Assembly: GCF_018977255.1 (NCBI RefSeq)
Contig: NW_024704742.1
Coordinates: 22,198,001-22,262,000, forward strand
DNA length: 64,000 nt
Direction: 5' to 3'
Source: Callorhinchus milii
Taxonomy: Eukaryota
Part shown: positions 37,905 through 50,489 of the stretch, piece by piece
How the letters are laid out: each line of letters begins with the position of its first letter
Numbering within the stretch: position 1 is the first letter of the stretch
The notes under the pieces: model-generated
The model's database searches: none
What the model was told of the DNA's origin: nothing
The model's input: the letters and a program-made list of their open reading frames with translations, nothing else
Translations under genes and position numbers: made by a program

Positions 37905-38233
37905 GGGCTGCTTCACATCCCCCTGCCTGCCCCACCATCAGTGGTCAGTCACCCTTCAGCACTTTATGTCCCCACTCTCTAGAGCTCCAACCCAGAGGTG
38001 CTTCGCCTCAGCACTTCTCTCGCCTCCTTCAAGGTCCGTCTTAAGACCTTCCTCAGTCATCCTCCAACATCCACCCCTCCTTGGCTCCCCAAACTCTGGA
38101 ATTCAACCCCAATTCAGATGTAAACCCTCAAACTTCTAGCACCTTGGAACAAACAAATTGCATTTATATTGCACCTTTCCTCTTAACATGAAAGGTGCAA
38201 TATAAATGCAATTTGTTTGTTGTTGTTGTTGTT
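37905..38233 (+). mobile_element. L2 3' end with a fold-back of its tail
   Basis: cctccttcaaggtccgtcttaagaccttcctc (SFKxxLKTFL), then a perfect hairpin at 38148-38221 and (TTG)n. Confidence 0.75.
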
Positions 38234-40024
38234 TACTAGTTTCAACACAATTAAACATCATTTTCTGTTCGGATGATATTTTGCTTTGTTTGTTCACCTA
38301 ACTAACCTCAAATACCAATAGAGAGGACAGGTGATCACTACTTGTATTGGTATACTGTAGATATACTGCTAAAAAAAATAACAAAATCAAAACCCTTTTA
38401 AACCTTTTAAGAAACCTCTAAGTTTTTACCTTCTCTTGTAATGTTCAGTGGGATTTACAATGAACAGATTCCTGCTCTTTTTATTTGAAACTTGATAATA
38501 GCAATCCTTAATGCTATAGATGCCTTTCATGCCAGGAAAACGTCCCAAAGTGCTTCACAGGATATACTTTAAAATGTAATGACTGTTTTTTGTGGATGAA
38601 CTCTCAGCCTCTGATCTGTCACTTTGAACTATGGCCTTGTTCTATATTTGCTCCAGCCTCCTGTTTCAGTCTCAGCCTTTAATTCCAACCTGTTTCAGCT
38701 TTGACTCCAGGATCCAGTGTTTAGGAGAGGGAAAAATGAGAAAGGTATTGAGCAAAGAACAGAATAGATCATTATGACAGATTGGTTGAGTGATCGATTT
38801 GTCAGTATCAATGAATCCCTGATTCTGTCAGTTTTAATAATCAAAAGTACACCAGCTCAAATTGATCATTGCAACCAAATTCCAGTATATTGTGTTTCTA
38901 TTTTTCACTCATTGTTTCAGTATTAGTTTTTACAGATATCTAATGGGATTGACCGATGGGATCTCTTGGTTTACTGGCTATAAAACCTCTAGGTGAAACA
39001 AATCTGTGCAGGCTCGACCCAGTTCCCAGTGAGTGTGAACCTACATTAGCAGGCAGTCAGAAAACCACACAAATCGATTATGTTGGATATGGAAATAGCT
39101 CTGTTCTGTATCTAACTTGGGAGCACTTGGTCTTGACACAACAGACCCTTTGGCTAAGATAATTATAGTTTTAACCATGCTTGGTTACAGATAGCAATCA
39201 TGTTGAGATGATAGCTGCATTGCTATTGATTTGGAATTGGTGCGTTGGCCATTTCCTGGCCAGGTGGCAGGATGGTTGGCTTGAGGATCTGTGTCACACT
39301 TATGGAAGCAATGCTTTTGCTGTAGTGGAACTGGATTGAGACACTGAATTATTTACTTGGATAGTTATCAAATTGGATTAAGCTGAATTGATGTGAGAGA
39401 TTTTAAAAAAGATTGACATTGCAATAAATAAAAACTTTCCATGCCCTGGTGTACAACAAATGCTGGGAATCCTGTACTTTTTTTTACCATTGTCACCAGA
39501 TTTTTCTTTAGATATGAGTGGCAGTATAATAGGATATAGCTGAAGAGAACTATAATGAGGACCAGTGTCTCCCAAATGTAATGTTCAGAGCACTAACTGT
39601 TTGGGGAGTTTAGTGCTGCAGAACCAAAAGACAAATATGGATCTTCTTGTCATCTTGTAATTGACTAGGCAAAGGTTCATTTTTGAAACTTTGTTAAGGT
39701 TTTGGCTTATCTTAGCTCGAGCAATCTGATGTGCAGTAGATCAAATTAGAGGAAGGAAATAGTTTGTAAAGCATTGCTTCCTTTTTTATAAATTGTTTGG
39801 CTAATACATTATGTTCTTTCTCCCTGATCTGTGGCTTTCAAGTAAGTTTAGGTTTTGCATACATTTTCCCTCAATTTATCGTCTGTATGCAATGAGTCGC
39901 ACTTATGCAAAGGTCAAATAGCTAATTTCTCCTTGTTAAACTGCTTAATTTGCATAGTTCCATTGAACTTTCATTGGCTGGTTTAACTTACTGCCAACAG
40001 TAAATCACTATTTGAGAAAATAGC

Positions 40025-41015
40025 GTTCATACAGCTCTGTTCATACTGTATGCACAGCTCTGTATATACAATACTAACAAGTCTGTGCTCTGTGTATACT
40101 ATACTTACAGCTCTGTGCTCTCTGTATATTGTACTTACAGCTCTGTGTATACTGTACTTACAACTCTGTGCTCTGTGTGTATTGTACTTACAGCTCTGTG
40201 ATCTGTATACTATACTTACAGGTCTGCGCATACTTTACTTACAGCTCTGTGTATTCTATACTTACAACTCTGTGTATTCTATACTTACAGCTCTGTGTAT
40301 ACTATACTTACAGCTCTATGTATTCTATATTTACAACTCTGTGCACTGTGTATACTGTACTTACAGCTCTGTGTATACTATACTTACAGCTCTGTGTATT
40401 CTATAATTACAGCTCTATGCTCTGTATACTATACTTACAGGTTTGCGCACACTATACTTATAGCTCTGTGTATACTATACTTACAGCTCTGTGTATGCTA
40501 TACTCACAGCTCTGTGCTCTGTTTACTATACTTACAGGTCTGCGCACTCTATACTTACAGCTCTGTGTATACTATACTTACAACTCTGTGCTCTGTGTAT
40601 ACTGTACTTACAGCTCTGTGTATACTATACTTACAGCTCTGTGTTCTGCGTATACTATACTTGAAGCTCTGTGCTGGGTGTATACTAACAGCTTTATACT
40701 TTGCATATACTATACTTTTAGGTCTGTACTGTGTGTCTACTGTGCTTACAGCTCTGTACTCTGTATACTTGCAGTTCTGTAGTTTGTGTATAATACACTT
40801 ACAGGTCTGTGCTCTGTATACACTACACTTACAGCTCTGCGATCTGTGTATACTAACAGCTCTGTACTCTGTATACACTAACAACTCTGCACTCTGTATA
40901 TACCATACTTATAGCTCTGTACTCTGTATACTTGCAGTTCTATAGTGTGTGTATATTATACTTACAGCTCTGGATACACTACATTTACAGCTCTGTGATC
41001 TGTGTATACTAAAAG
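40025..41015. repeat. Minisatellite, ~24/31-bp units (tatactatacttacagctctgtg[ctctgtg])
   Basis: Directly visible. Accounts for the repetitive ORFs at 39983-40945. Confidence 0.92.
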
Positions 41016-44000
41016 CAAAGAGTAATTCTAGATGCTCTTAGCACGAGTGAGTCCCTGATTTTTTAAATGGAAGATTAATTGCAATACTGTACGTCTTTCA
41101 AATAAAACATTTTACTGGGCCCCTCACTGATGAGCAAAACCTTACGCAGGTACTGTATTTTCCATTCTATGGAATATTACAATCGCTGTAAATGTTGGGA
41201 TTGCTTACCTACTAGGATCTCATCAGAATAAGTGTTTTTTTCCAATTCGGGAGAAAGGATAAATCACCTCGAGTCTGGATTGACACATTGGTGAAAGCCT
41301 CGGACTATGTTTTCTGCATCTGCCATGAAACTGCTTATCAGGGTAAAGAAAGCTAAGGATAAGACAGGGCGAGGGTAGACTTAAATAATGTTGTAAAGGT
41401 ACAGAGAGAGTCGCAGTTCCAAGATCATTTTCACTCCTGAGAATAAATCATAAATCATTTTGCGACTTCTTTGGTTGCAGACACTTGTAGAGTTGAGATG
41501 CGATAGGATAAAATCAAATAGGAGAGAGGTGATCAACAGCATGATTATTTAACATTCAGAATACCGCTGGCGGCTTAGCAAAGTTTTTGCAAAATGTAAC
41601 ACCAAGTATTCCTTTTATGCAAACCACGTAGATGGTGGTTGGGAAGTTTACTTATACAGGAACAGCCTTTGCACTTGTTTAGAAAGTTGAAATACTTAGT
41701 CCCATCCCGATACTGTACCTGGTTTATTTATAAAGATATGAATGGGTGTATTTTCCTCTGCAATTCAAGCTCATTGAATCATAAAAAGTAACTTTCTGGA
41801 TCTCAACGGAAAATATAAATATTCCTTTTCCACAAGCAGTATAATTGCTTTAGAGTTCGGATCGAGATCAGTAATTTACAAAAGAACAAGAGAAATGATA
41901 TATCACCTACACGTTTGTATTGATTCAAATAAAAAATTATATTGCATAATTTATTCCACTCAATCTAGAACAACCAGCAAAACTACATTAGCGAAACAGG
42001 TATTAAAATAAAATGCTTTCAAAACTTTATATATAATATGTGTGGCTCGACGATTTGTGTCCATAATCGATAATGATCAATTATAAGTTGCCTTTCCTAA
42101 TTGTAATATATAATAAATAGACTGTAGGGGTAACTGCATAGCATTTTAATGTTTTATAGGTCATGTACTTAATTCGCATCGAATTATGTTTCACGTCCAC
42201 ATTACCAATTTTAAAGCACATTCGAATTATTTTTGTTCACCCTTAAGAGAAAAAGACAAGAATAATTTACATATTATATTAATGATGCGAAGGAGTGCCT
42301 GGTCCAAATTAAACCAGTTGAAATCACTTTGCTTAAAAACACATTGATCTGTTGTCTGAAACAATCCGATCAGAGAGAGAGAGAGAGAGAGAGAGAAAGA
42401 GCTTCACTGAACATAAATTCAAACATCCAAAGCAAGTTTTGAAGAACACGACTTTTAAAATCATTTGATTTCGAGCAAGTCACTCGCACAATTCAGCCTC
42501 CTTTACTGTTTTTTTTTTGAAAAAAATTGTTGCTATCATTTTCTGCTCACGTTTCCTAAAATCGAAGCGAGGTGCTGGTCTGAACTGGGAATCTCTGCGA
42601 GGATCAGAGAGAGAGAGAGAGAGAGAGATCTGCACTGAGACACACGACCCCACTAAATTATGGAGCAGTCAGGAAGCTCTCACCTTCGTGGCACTAAGGG
42701 CTGCAGCTAAGCTTCACGTAGCAGCCGATGGCTGGATCTGTAACACACCCCAAGCACATCTTTTACACGTGCACATCTTTAATAAAACTTCGCCTACGTC
42801 GAATCTGCAGAGTTACATCAAGTCGATCTTGCTGCATTCCCAACACCCAGAATGATCTGAACACCTATTCTGCTCTTTAATTACTTTATGCAACAACAAC
42901 AACAACTTCTACTCCTCCTACTACTACCTCGTAACTCTCTTTTGCACGTGTAAAAGTTTTGATGTGTCTCGCCAGGTGACATTCAGGAGCTGACACATCT
43001 GAGGTCTTCCCACCAGAAAATTAATGGTAACGTGAGCGCAAACAGGTTCACAAAGAAGGCGTCAAGGTGCAGCCAAGAGAAACCGGTGAGATTGCAACCA
43101 TGTTTTTGGACATACAGCTTTGTATCCCCTGTGAAGCTCTCGTGTGTGTTTCCTCGGGGTGGTCTCAAAGAGAAAACCTGTTAGAGGTGGGGTTGGCGAA
43201 GTTCTCATCTAGAGCTGGAGTGTGGTGTGTATTTTCTAAGTATTGACTGTCAATCTAGAACATAAAAACATAAAAACCTGTCGTTTTTTATTCCAGAAAT
43301 CCCCCACCCTATACCTGCAGCCGCTTCATTGGCCCTTTTGGGGGGAAAAAAATGTGGAATCATATCAAGAAATCAAAACTTAAAGCCAAGGGGCATTCAA
43401 TGAAACCCCCCACACACACAAAAAAAAACCACGAAGTAAACGCTTCTAGGTGCAAAAATAAACGATGCAAATCGAAAGGTAATTACTGGAAGGGAAATCA
43501 TGGAATCATCTGCCATAATTTGTCAGCAATGCGCAATGATCTGACTCCACTTGGCCAGGCCACGTCTCCAGTCAAGCAGACAAAGAAGGTCCACGACTCA
43601 CTGGTACAAGCTCCCACGCTGGTACCTTCTTTTTCCTTTTGCTCAACCGATAAATGATGAACATAAGTGTGTGTGTGTGTGTGTGGGGGGGGGCACAGTG
43701 CCAGCTTCCCCCCCATCAAAAACTGTATAAGATGGAGACAATCACTGCAATGTATTTACCATCAGATTGAATGTGATTTGAGGTACAGCCCCTCTCAGCC
43801 ACCCATTCAGGTGGGAACTGAATCTATTCAGGAACACACACTAACTAACTTTGGTTATGAGTTTGCACTATCAGTGATGTGTTTTTTTTTCAAAATTAGA
43901 CTTAAATCCACCCCATGGACCCCCCTGAACGCGACATTCAATGTTATCAACAACAACAACAACAACAAGATTACATTTGTACAGCGCCTTTCACGTCGGG

Positions 44001-46112
44001 AAGACGTCCCATTTATCAATGGAAAGATTCATTTGTACGGCTGTTTCGTTTAAAACAACATTTTTCTTCAGAGCGTTATCTTGCAGAACTTTAATCAAGA
44101 GGACTTCAAAACCCTTGTCGATGTTATTTATATCATCCGATAATGGATAAAGGTATATTTTCCTTTAAAATGTATGTCACAGTGGATAAAAATTTCATGC
44201 AGCGATTTAGATTACCTGAAATATAAATGATTTCGTTAAACTTTCATCATAAATCAGAACATACTTCTATGCGAGGAGACAGTGGTTTTTCCCCGATGTC
44301 TGTGTGGTCTTGGGTTTTGAAGATTGCTCCAATGTTAAGCAGTCCATTTGTGTGCTAAAACTAGGTGAAGACTGATGGCATTTTGCATGATAGTGAAATG
44401 CACTGCACTTTTAGGAGCAGCCTTGCATTGCTTTGGGACATCTAAAAACATCTCCATGCATCCAGCTATGAGGACAGTGACAGAAGCTATTAACAAAGAG
44501 GTTGACAGCCCCCCACCAATCTCTCCCTACATCTCCCCTTTCTCTCTCAAACTATTTTGTTGTCTAGAAGCAATTTACATTTTTTTTGTCATTTGCAATC
44601 TTTGCATCCTCTATTTTCCCCTATGAAAGAGTAGATGACATATTTTATTCCTTTCTCTCAATCTGTGGTCCATCCTCACTGCTTCTCTCTGTTTGGTCTG
44701 ACTTCTTTCATTGCAATCCTTGCTCTCCTACTTACCTCTCTCGGCGATTTCTGATCCATCCTTGCCTTTCTTTCTCTTCTTTCTGGGTATCTGCATTATT
44801 TTGCATCACATTCGTACTCGTTCTTTCTCTCTTTCTGCGATGTTTGATCTGATGCAGCATCATATTTCTTGTTTCTTAAGTACCAATTTCCCACACTATA
44901 CTCACAATTTGCTCCCGTCCGCGTCTTTTGGACTTATTGCTGTCTCTTTCCTGGAGACTATTTGTTCAGAATCTAAAGCAGTGGTGGTCTTGGACGAGGG
45001 GATCTCTTATATATACTGAAGTACATTGCACAAGTACATTGAAGCTAGCGAACTGTTAACTGGTCAGATTTTGTTTATGTTAATCCTGCTGGGAGAAGAA
45101 AAACAGGTTCATTCACACAACAACTAAATAAATAACTTAGAACAACTTTGCTGTGGTCAACAAAATCATCAAGCCCATTCCTTTTAACAGTTGTAAACAA
45201 CTACCTACTTTTCCCCTTATCTGTTAATCCCCCTTTTCCATTAAATACCCGGTGACCAAAAGGTCTTATTTTTCAGCTACCCTATTATTAAACAGCAATA
45301 ATTTCTTTACGACTTGTTAGACATTGTAATGGTATCACGACTTTTTGGTCACCTTGTACACCGCTTTGCCTCTTCAATGCATGTAAACACTACATTTCAA
45401 TGTTGTTTTTCTCCCAAGTAACTTATTCCACAAGCTATTACCCTTTATGGAAAAAGGTCCCTCTTAACCTCAACGCTTCGTAAAGTTTAACATGCGTCCT
45501 CTTGTGCCTGAAGTATTCAGTAAATGAACGTTGAACGACGTGTCCCTACCACTTGAGCGACTTATTCCACATAATATTGACCCAAAACTGTATTAATCAC
45601 GTCCCCTTTAAATACAACCTATCAATATTGCAATAGGAAAATGTGAACGAATCTATTTTGATGCTCATTTCTTTGAATAACCCCCCGTCCCTTCCTACGC
45701 TCAGTAAATTCCTATGGCAGGCATCTGTTTATCCAGGAAGACACCAGTTGCATCCATCCACATGAGTCAACTAACATGTTTTACAAGGTCCAGATGAACA
45801 AAACGTGAGCTGCTTTCTTTGCTTCTATTTCGCGCAGTTGTTAAGATAACAGGTACGCAGTATTATTTGACGGATGTGACATTCAGCAAAACCCACCCGT
45901 ATTTGGCAAAGGGTCGATCGGTCCTTTCCCATTATTTGACAGTGTGGGTGTTGAGGAAGATGCTTTCTAAGAGCAGAAACTTTGTGTTGCTAACCATGGT
46001 GAGCCAGAGACTCTCTCTCTCTCTCTACAAACTCCCTTTCCCTTGCCTCACCGAAAACCACCTTACAGATAGCCGTCACCATTTCTAAAAGATCTCTTTA
46101 TATACACATTGT

Positions 46113-46430
46113 GGAGTCCTGTAGCTCAGTGGTTAGATCACTCGCTTTGCAAGTGAGAGACCTGAGTTCAATTCCAGGCAGGAGGGCGAAACCTTGGGCA
46201 AGTTTCCTTACTCCACACAGAGCCTAATAATAATCCCTCCAAAACCAAAAACAATAATAAATTGGTCACTTTCAATCTACGACTGTTTGTAGGACATTGC
46301 TGTGCGCAATTGGCTGCCGCGTTCGCCCACAAATATACAGTCAATTCACTTTACAGTGTGTTCTGTGAAGCGCTTTGGGACGTCCTCCCGACGTGAAAAG
46401 CGCTATATCAAATGCAAGGATTATTATTAT
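46113..46430 (+). mobile_element. Young tRNA-derived SINE (CTCCC-loop subfamily)
   Basis: Close match to the reverse complement of 14611-14949, including cagagcctaataataatccctccaaaaccaaaaacaataataaattggtca. Confidence 0.92.
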
Positions 46431-48554
46431 ATATATATATATATATAATACTGTATATACCAACATTTCCTGAGATATTGCTCTTATATTGACTGGATAC
46501 ATACATCTATCATAGGAAAAAAAGTTTAAATGTAATCGTGTTCCACAGCAATTGTAACTTTTTTCGCGCTATGTTCAGGCTTTATGTGAATGGAAGATTT
46601 GAAACAATTAAAGCCTGAACATTTATTATAAGTATGTGTGTGTGTGTGTGTGTGTGTGTGGAGGAGGGGGAGATTGCTGTTATAGGAATCCCAAACTATT
46701 AAACAACACATGTTGGTGTCTCCAAACCAGGGCCATGATGCGGAGGGGGACATTAAGTTAAATGAAGGTGCACTAATCTATGGGTAATTAATGAAAGATC
46801 AATTTTATCGAAGGTGGGAGAGATAACTTTGATGTTAACCCTGCAGAGCAACTTGTTTAAGAGATACTTGGTTTATGCGAATACAACAGTCAATAATTCC
46901 TGGATAAATAACTTGTTTTGGTCCTCCATATGCTATAAAATGAGGCAGTTTGAAATATAACCAGTGAAGGAAGCCTTTCAGCACATTTTTTTTCGGAAAA
47001 AGGAGAACCGATGGATTATAATTGTGCAGTTCAAGACATTATAATATGTTGTGGTTCTGGTGAACATGCCGTAGTATATATCGGTATATATCTGAACTTT
47101 GGTTGCAAGAGAAATCCCAGTTAACCCGTATAATTGCAGCATTTAACATTTTTTTTNAAAAAAGTGAAACATCTGTTCCCATGAGTTGATGTATTGCATC
47201 CTGAAATGAGACGTGAACGGTTCCAGAGAAGAATAAATCAGGGCTGCGGAAATTTTATAACAGATTAAGCAAATTGGACAATCCTCGTTAATTAGAACAT
47301 AATTTCATGTCTTAATTACCTCTCTGATTAAGTATCAAAATTAGTATTAAATTCTTGTTAATAACCTTCTGCTGGAGCTACATGTTAAACTGGGAAGTTC
47401 TTTATCAGACACTAAAGATAAGAGGGGGGGGATCCACTTCAAATTGCCATAAATCTCAGACTTCATGTAGACTAGCCTTCACGAATGACACATGTAGAAC
47501 TTATGGATACAAGATATTAGTCTGCTGCCTCTCAATTCTTTCACTATTATGAAAACTAATAAATTTGTCAACGGGAATTACGCACACAAATCAGATGAGG
47601 ACCAGCAGATTACACATTGAAGTCCCACGTCTCTCGAGCCTAAATGAAATTTCAATCTAATAATTCCTCTCTGTCCTGACCATAATTTGCTTAGAGATGT
47701 TGCTGGAGTTCTTTTCGGGCCCCAATGAAAGCGCCATTCACCTGATAATTAAATGATAGTCAGGCTTTTAAGTTTGATTTATTTTGTTTCATCGAGACCG
47801 GAGTACAGCGGTGGGAGCGAAAAGGAGCGATATAATTCCTTGATTTGCACTGACATTGCAAGGGATGATCTTATAAAGGCAAAGCGGACCCGCGCTTAAT
47901 AAGCAATAAAACAAACAGATGAGCTACATGGAAATATTTTCTGACCCCCCCCCAAAAAAAAAAAAGCACAGCTGTAAAATGCCCAAAACTTTAAACGGCA
48001 TTTCTTGCAGAAGATGTATCGTATCCGACAATTATTGAAAATGTGTGAAAATATCATAATTCGGAAATGAGCAAAAGGTCATGGAAGCGTTTTTTTTAAA
48101 TTTTTTAAAAAATATATATATATCGCCGGTGCACGTAAATTGAGACACGGTCGTGTTAAAATCCTGCAGTCTGGGAACTTTACCTGAGGGGGGGGGGGGG
48201 GTGGAGAAAACGACTGGACATTGCAAAGATTCGCTGTGGACCAGCATTTTGCACAGCACAGCACAGTACAGTACAGTGTGCAGCCGTGTGGCCACAACGC
48301 GAAGGCGGGGGGGGGGGGGGGGGGGAGTGGGGGGATCGTTGCGAATGAGATTTAGCAATGATAAGGCAAATGGTATTAACGTTAACCCGAGTGCATAACT
48401 GTGCTGTGTGCGGAGGGGGAGAACCGGCGCGGGGCAATCCGATGGCTTCACCGGGAAACTGCTAACGACGCTGTACCGTGACCGCGCGGGTGTGGATGGT
48501 GTGAGTGAGTGAGTGATAGAGTGATAGAGAGATAGAGAGAGGGAGGGAGGGAAG

Positions 48555-48800
<246 letters not shown>

Positions 48801-48849
48801 GAGAGAGAAAGAGAGAAAGAGAGAAAGAGAGAAAGAGAGAGAGAGAGAA

Positions 48850-49378
48850 ACACGCCTCGTGCGTGGTGTTACACGAGGCGGGTTTTGGTGCTGATGGGTC
48901 CAGACTGTCAGTGGAAGTTCCTTTGCATTTCTCTCCCTCTCTCTCTCTCTCTCCTTCTCTCTCTCTCTCTCTGCATCAGGTGTAACGCGACACAGCGCAA
49001 CGCCATCTCCACTCCCCGCTGGGGAGCCGGTGAGCCCGAGCCGCGACCAATCGGCTCTCAGTGCCAGTGCCACACACACACACACACACACACAGCCCCC
49101 ACCCCCCTCCCTCCCTCCCCCCCCTCTCTCTCTCTCTCTCTCTCTTGCACTCCACCTCCCCAAACACCCCCCCCCCCCACCACCCCCCTCCCCCTCCCTC
49201 CCCCCCCTCCCCCCTCCCCCCTCCACCAACAATATCCCCATCATCCCCTCTCCAAAAAAAAAAAACCAAACCCCTTCATGTCTTTCCACGAGCTCCGGTA
49301 AGGTGCGAGGCAATAGCAGCGGCGGGAGCGGCAGCAGCAGCAGCAGCAGCAGCACCGAGCAGAGCCGTGCGCCAGCCC

Positions 49379-49411
<33 letters not shown>

Positions 49412-49461
49412 ACAGCGGCGGCGGCGGCGGCGGGGTGGGGGGGGACCGGAGCGGCGGCGAG
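48850..49461 (+). promoter_or_regulatory. POU4F2 proximal promoter / 5' UTR (CpG-rich)
   Basis: CCAAT at 49047-49051, CpG-rich, GGC/AGC triplet runs immediately before the ATG. The TSS cannot be placed from sequence alone. Confidence 0.6.
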
Positions 49462-49698
49462 ATGATGTCCATGGGCGGGAAGCAGGTGTACAGCCTGGCG
49501 CCGCCGCACCCCTCCAGCCTGGCCGGGCACAAGTACCCGAGCCTCCACCCGCACCCGCATCCGCACCCGCACCCGCACCCGCATCCGCACCCGCACCCGC
49601 ACCCGCACCCGCCCGCCGGCTCCTCCTCCACCAACAGTAACGGCGGCGGCGGCGGCGGGTCGCAGGCGATGCGCAGAGTCTGTCTCCCGACCCCTCCG
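49462..49698 (+). CDS. POU4F2: POU4F2 (Brn3b) coding exon 1
   Basis: [12 protein letters not shown]...KYPSLH(PH)n...[19 protein letters not shown]|gtacgt. Class IV POU N-terminus and first half of the POU-IV box. 237 nt, phase 0. Confidence 0.93.
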
Positions 49699-50376
49699 GT
49701 ACGTACCGTTCGACTGTAATGTCTTGTGCATAATCACCGCTTAAAGGCACATTTTGACAGCTCTCCCTCTCCCTCTCTCTCTCTCTCTCACACTCCCTCC
49801 CTCCCTCCCTCCTCCTCCTCTATATTTTTCTCTCTCTCTCCCTCCTCTCTCTCTCTCTCCTCCTCCCTCCTCCTCCCCTCCTATATATATTTTTTTCTCT
49901 CTCTCTCTCTCTCTCTTCGGGCTTCGCTTGATGTTTTTTTCATGTCTGCGCAGCAGCAAATCACCCGACACCTCCTCTCTCCGCTCGGGATACTTTCAAC
50001 TTATGTATTCAGGCGGACGGCCCCTTCCTCCCTCTTCTACCCTATTAATTTTTATGACCCGAGTGGTTGTTATAGGGAGAAAAGAGAAAAGAGAGAGAGA
50101 GAGAGAGAGAGGGAGTGTGTGTGTGTGAGAGAGAGTGAGAGAGAGTGAGAGTGTGTGAGAGAGTGAGAGTGGAGTGAGAGAGTGAGAGTGGAGTGAGTGC
50201 GTTTGTAAAGGGAATTTTTTTTTAACATTCTGCAAATCCGCGAGAGAGAGAGAGAGAGAGAGAGAGTGAGTGAGTGAGTGAGTGAGTGAGAGTGTGAGAG
50301 AGTGCGAGAGAGAGTGCGAGGGAGTGAGTAAGAGAGAGAGAGAGAGTGAGAGAGAGAGAGAGAGTGAGGGGAAAAG

Positions 50377-50418
<42 letters not shown>

Positions 50419-50489
50419 AAAAGCGCGCACACCCGAGACGGCGGAATTCCCCGCTGACGGTAATGTGTGCGTTATATTTGCAATTGCAG

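Noticed and set aside
39983..40945. Cys/Tyr/Leu-rich ORFs of 80-217 aa; array considered as possible CRISPR
   Set aside because: Tandem minisatellite with no unique spacers, in a eukaryotic context with no cas genes.
41127..41155. CTGATGAG hammerhead-like start
   Set aside because: No stem II followed by a GAAA box could be formed.
46113..46185. tRNA-Ala-like sequence (also at 990, 8414, 14949, 21123, 35026)
   Set aside because: Each continues into a common SINE body and (TTA)n tail, so these are SINE heads rather than tRNA genes.
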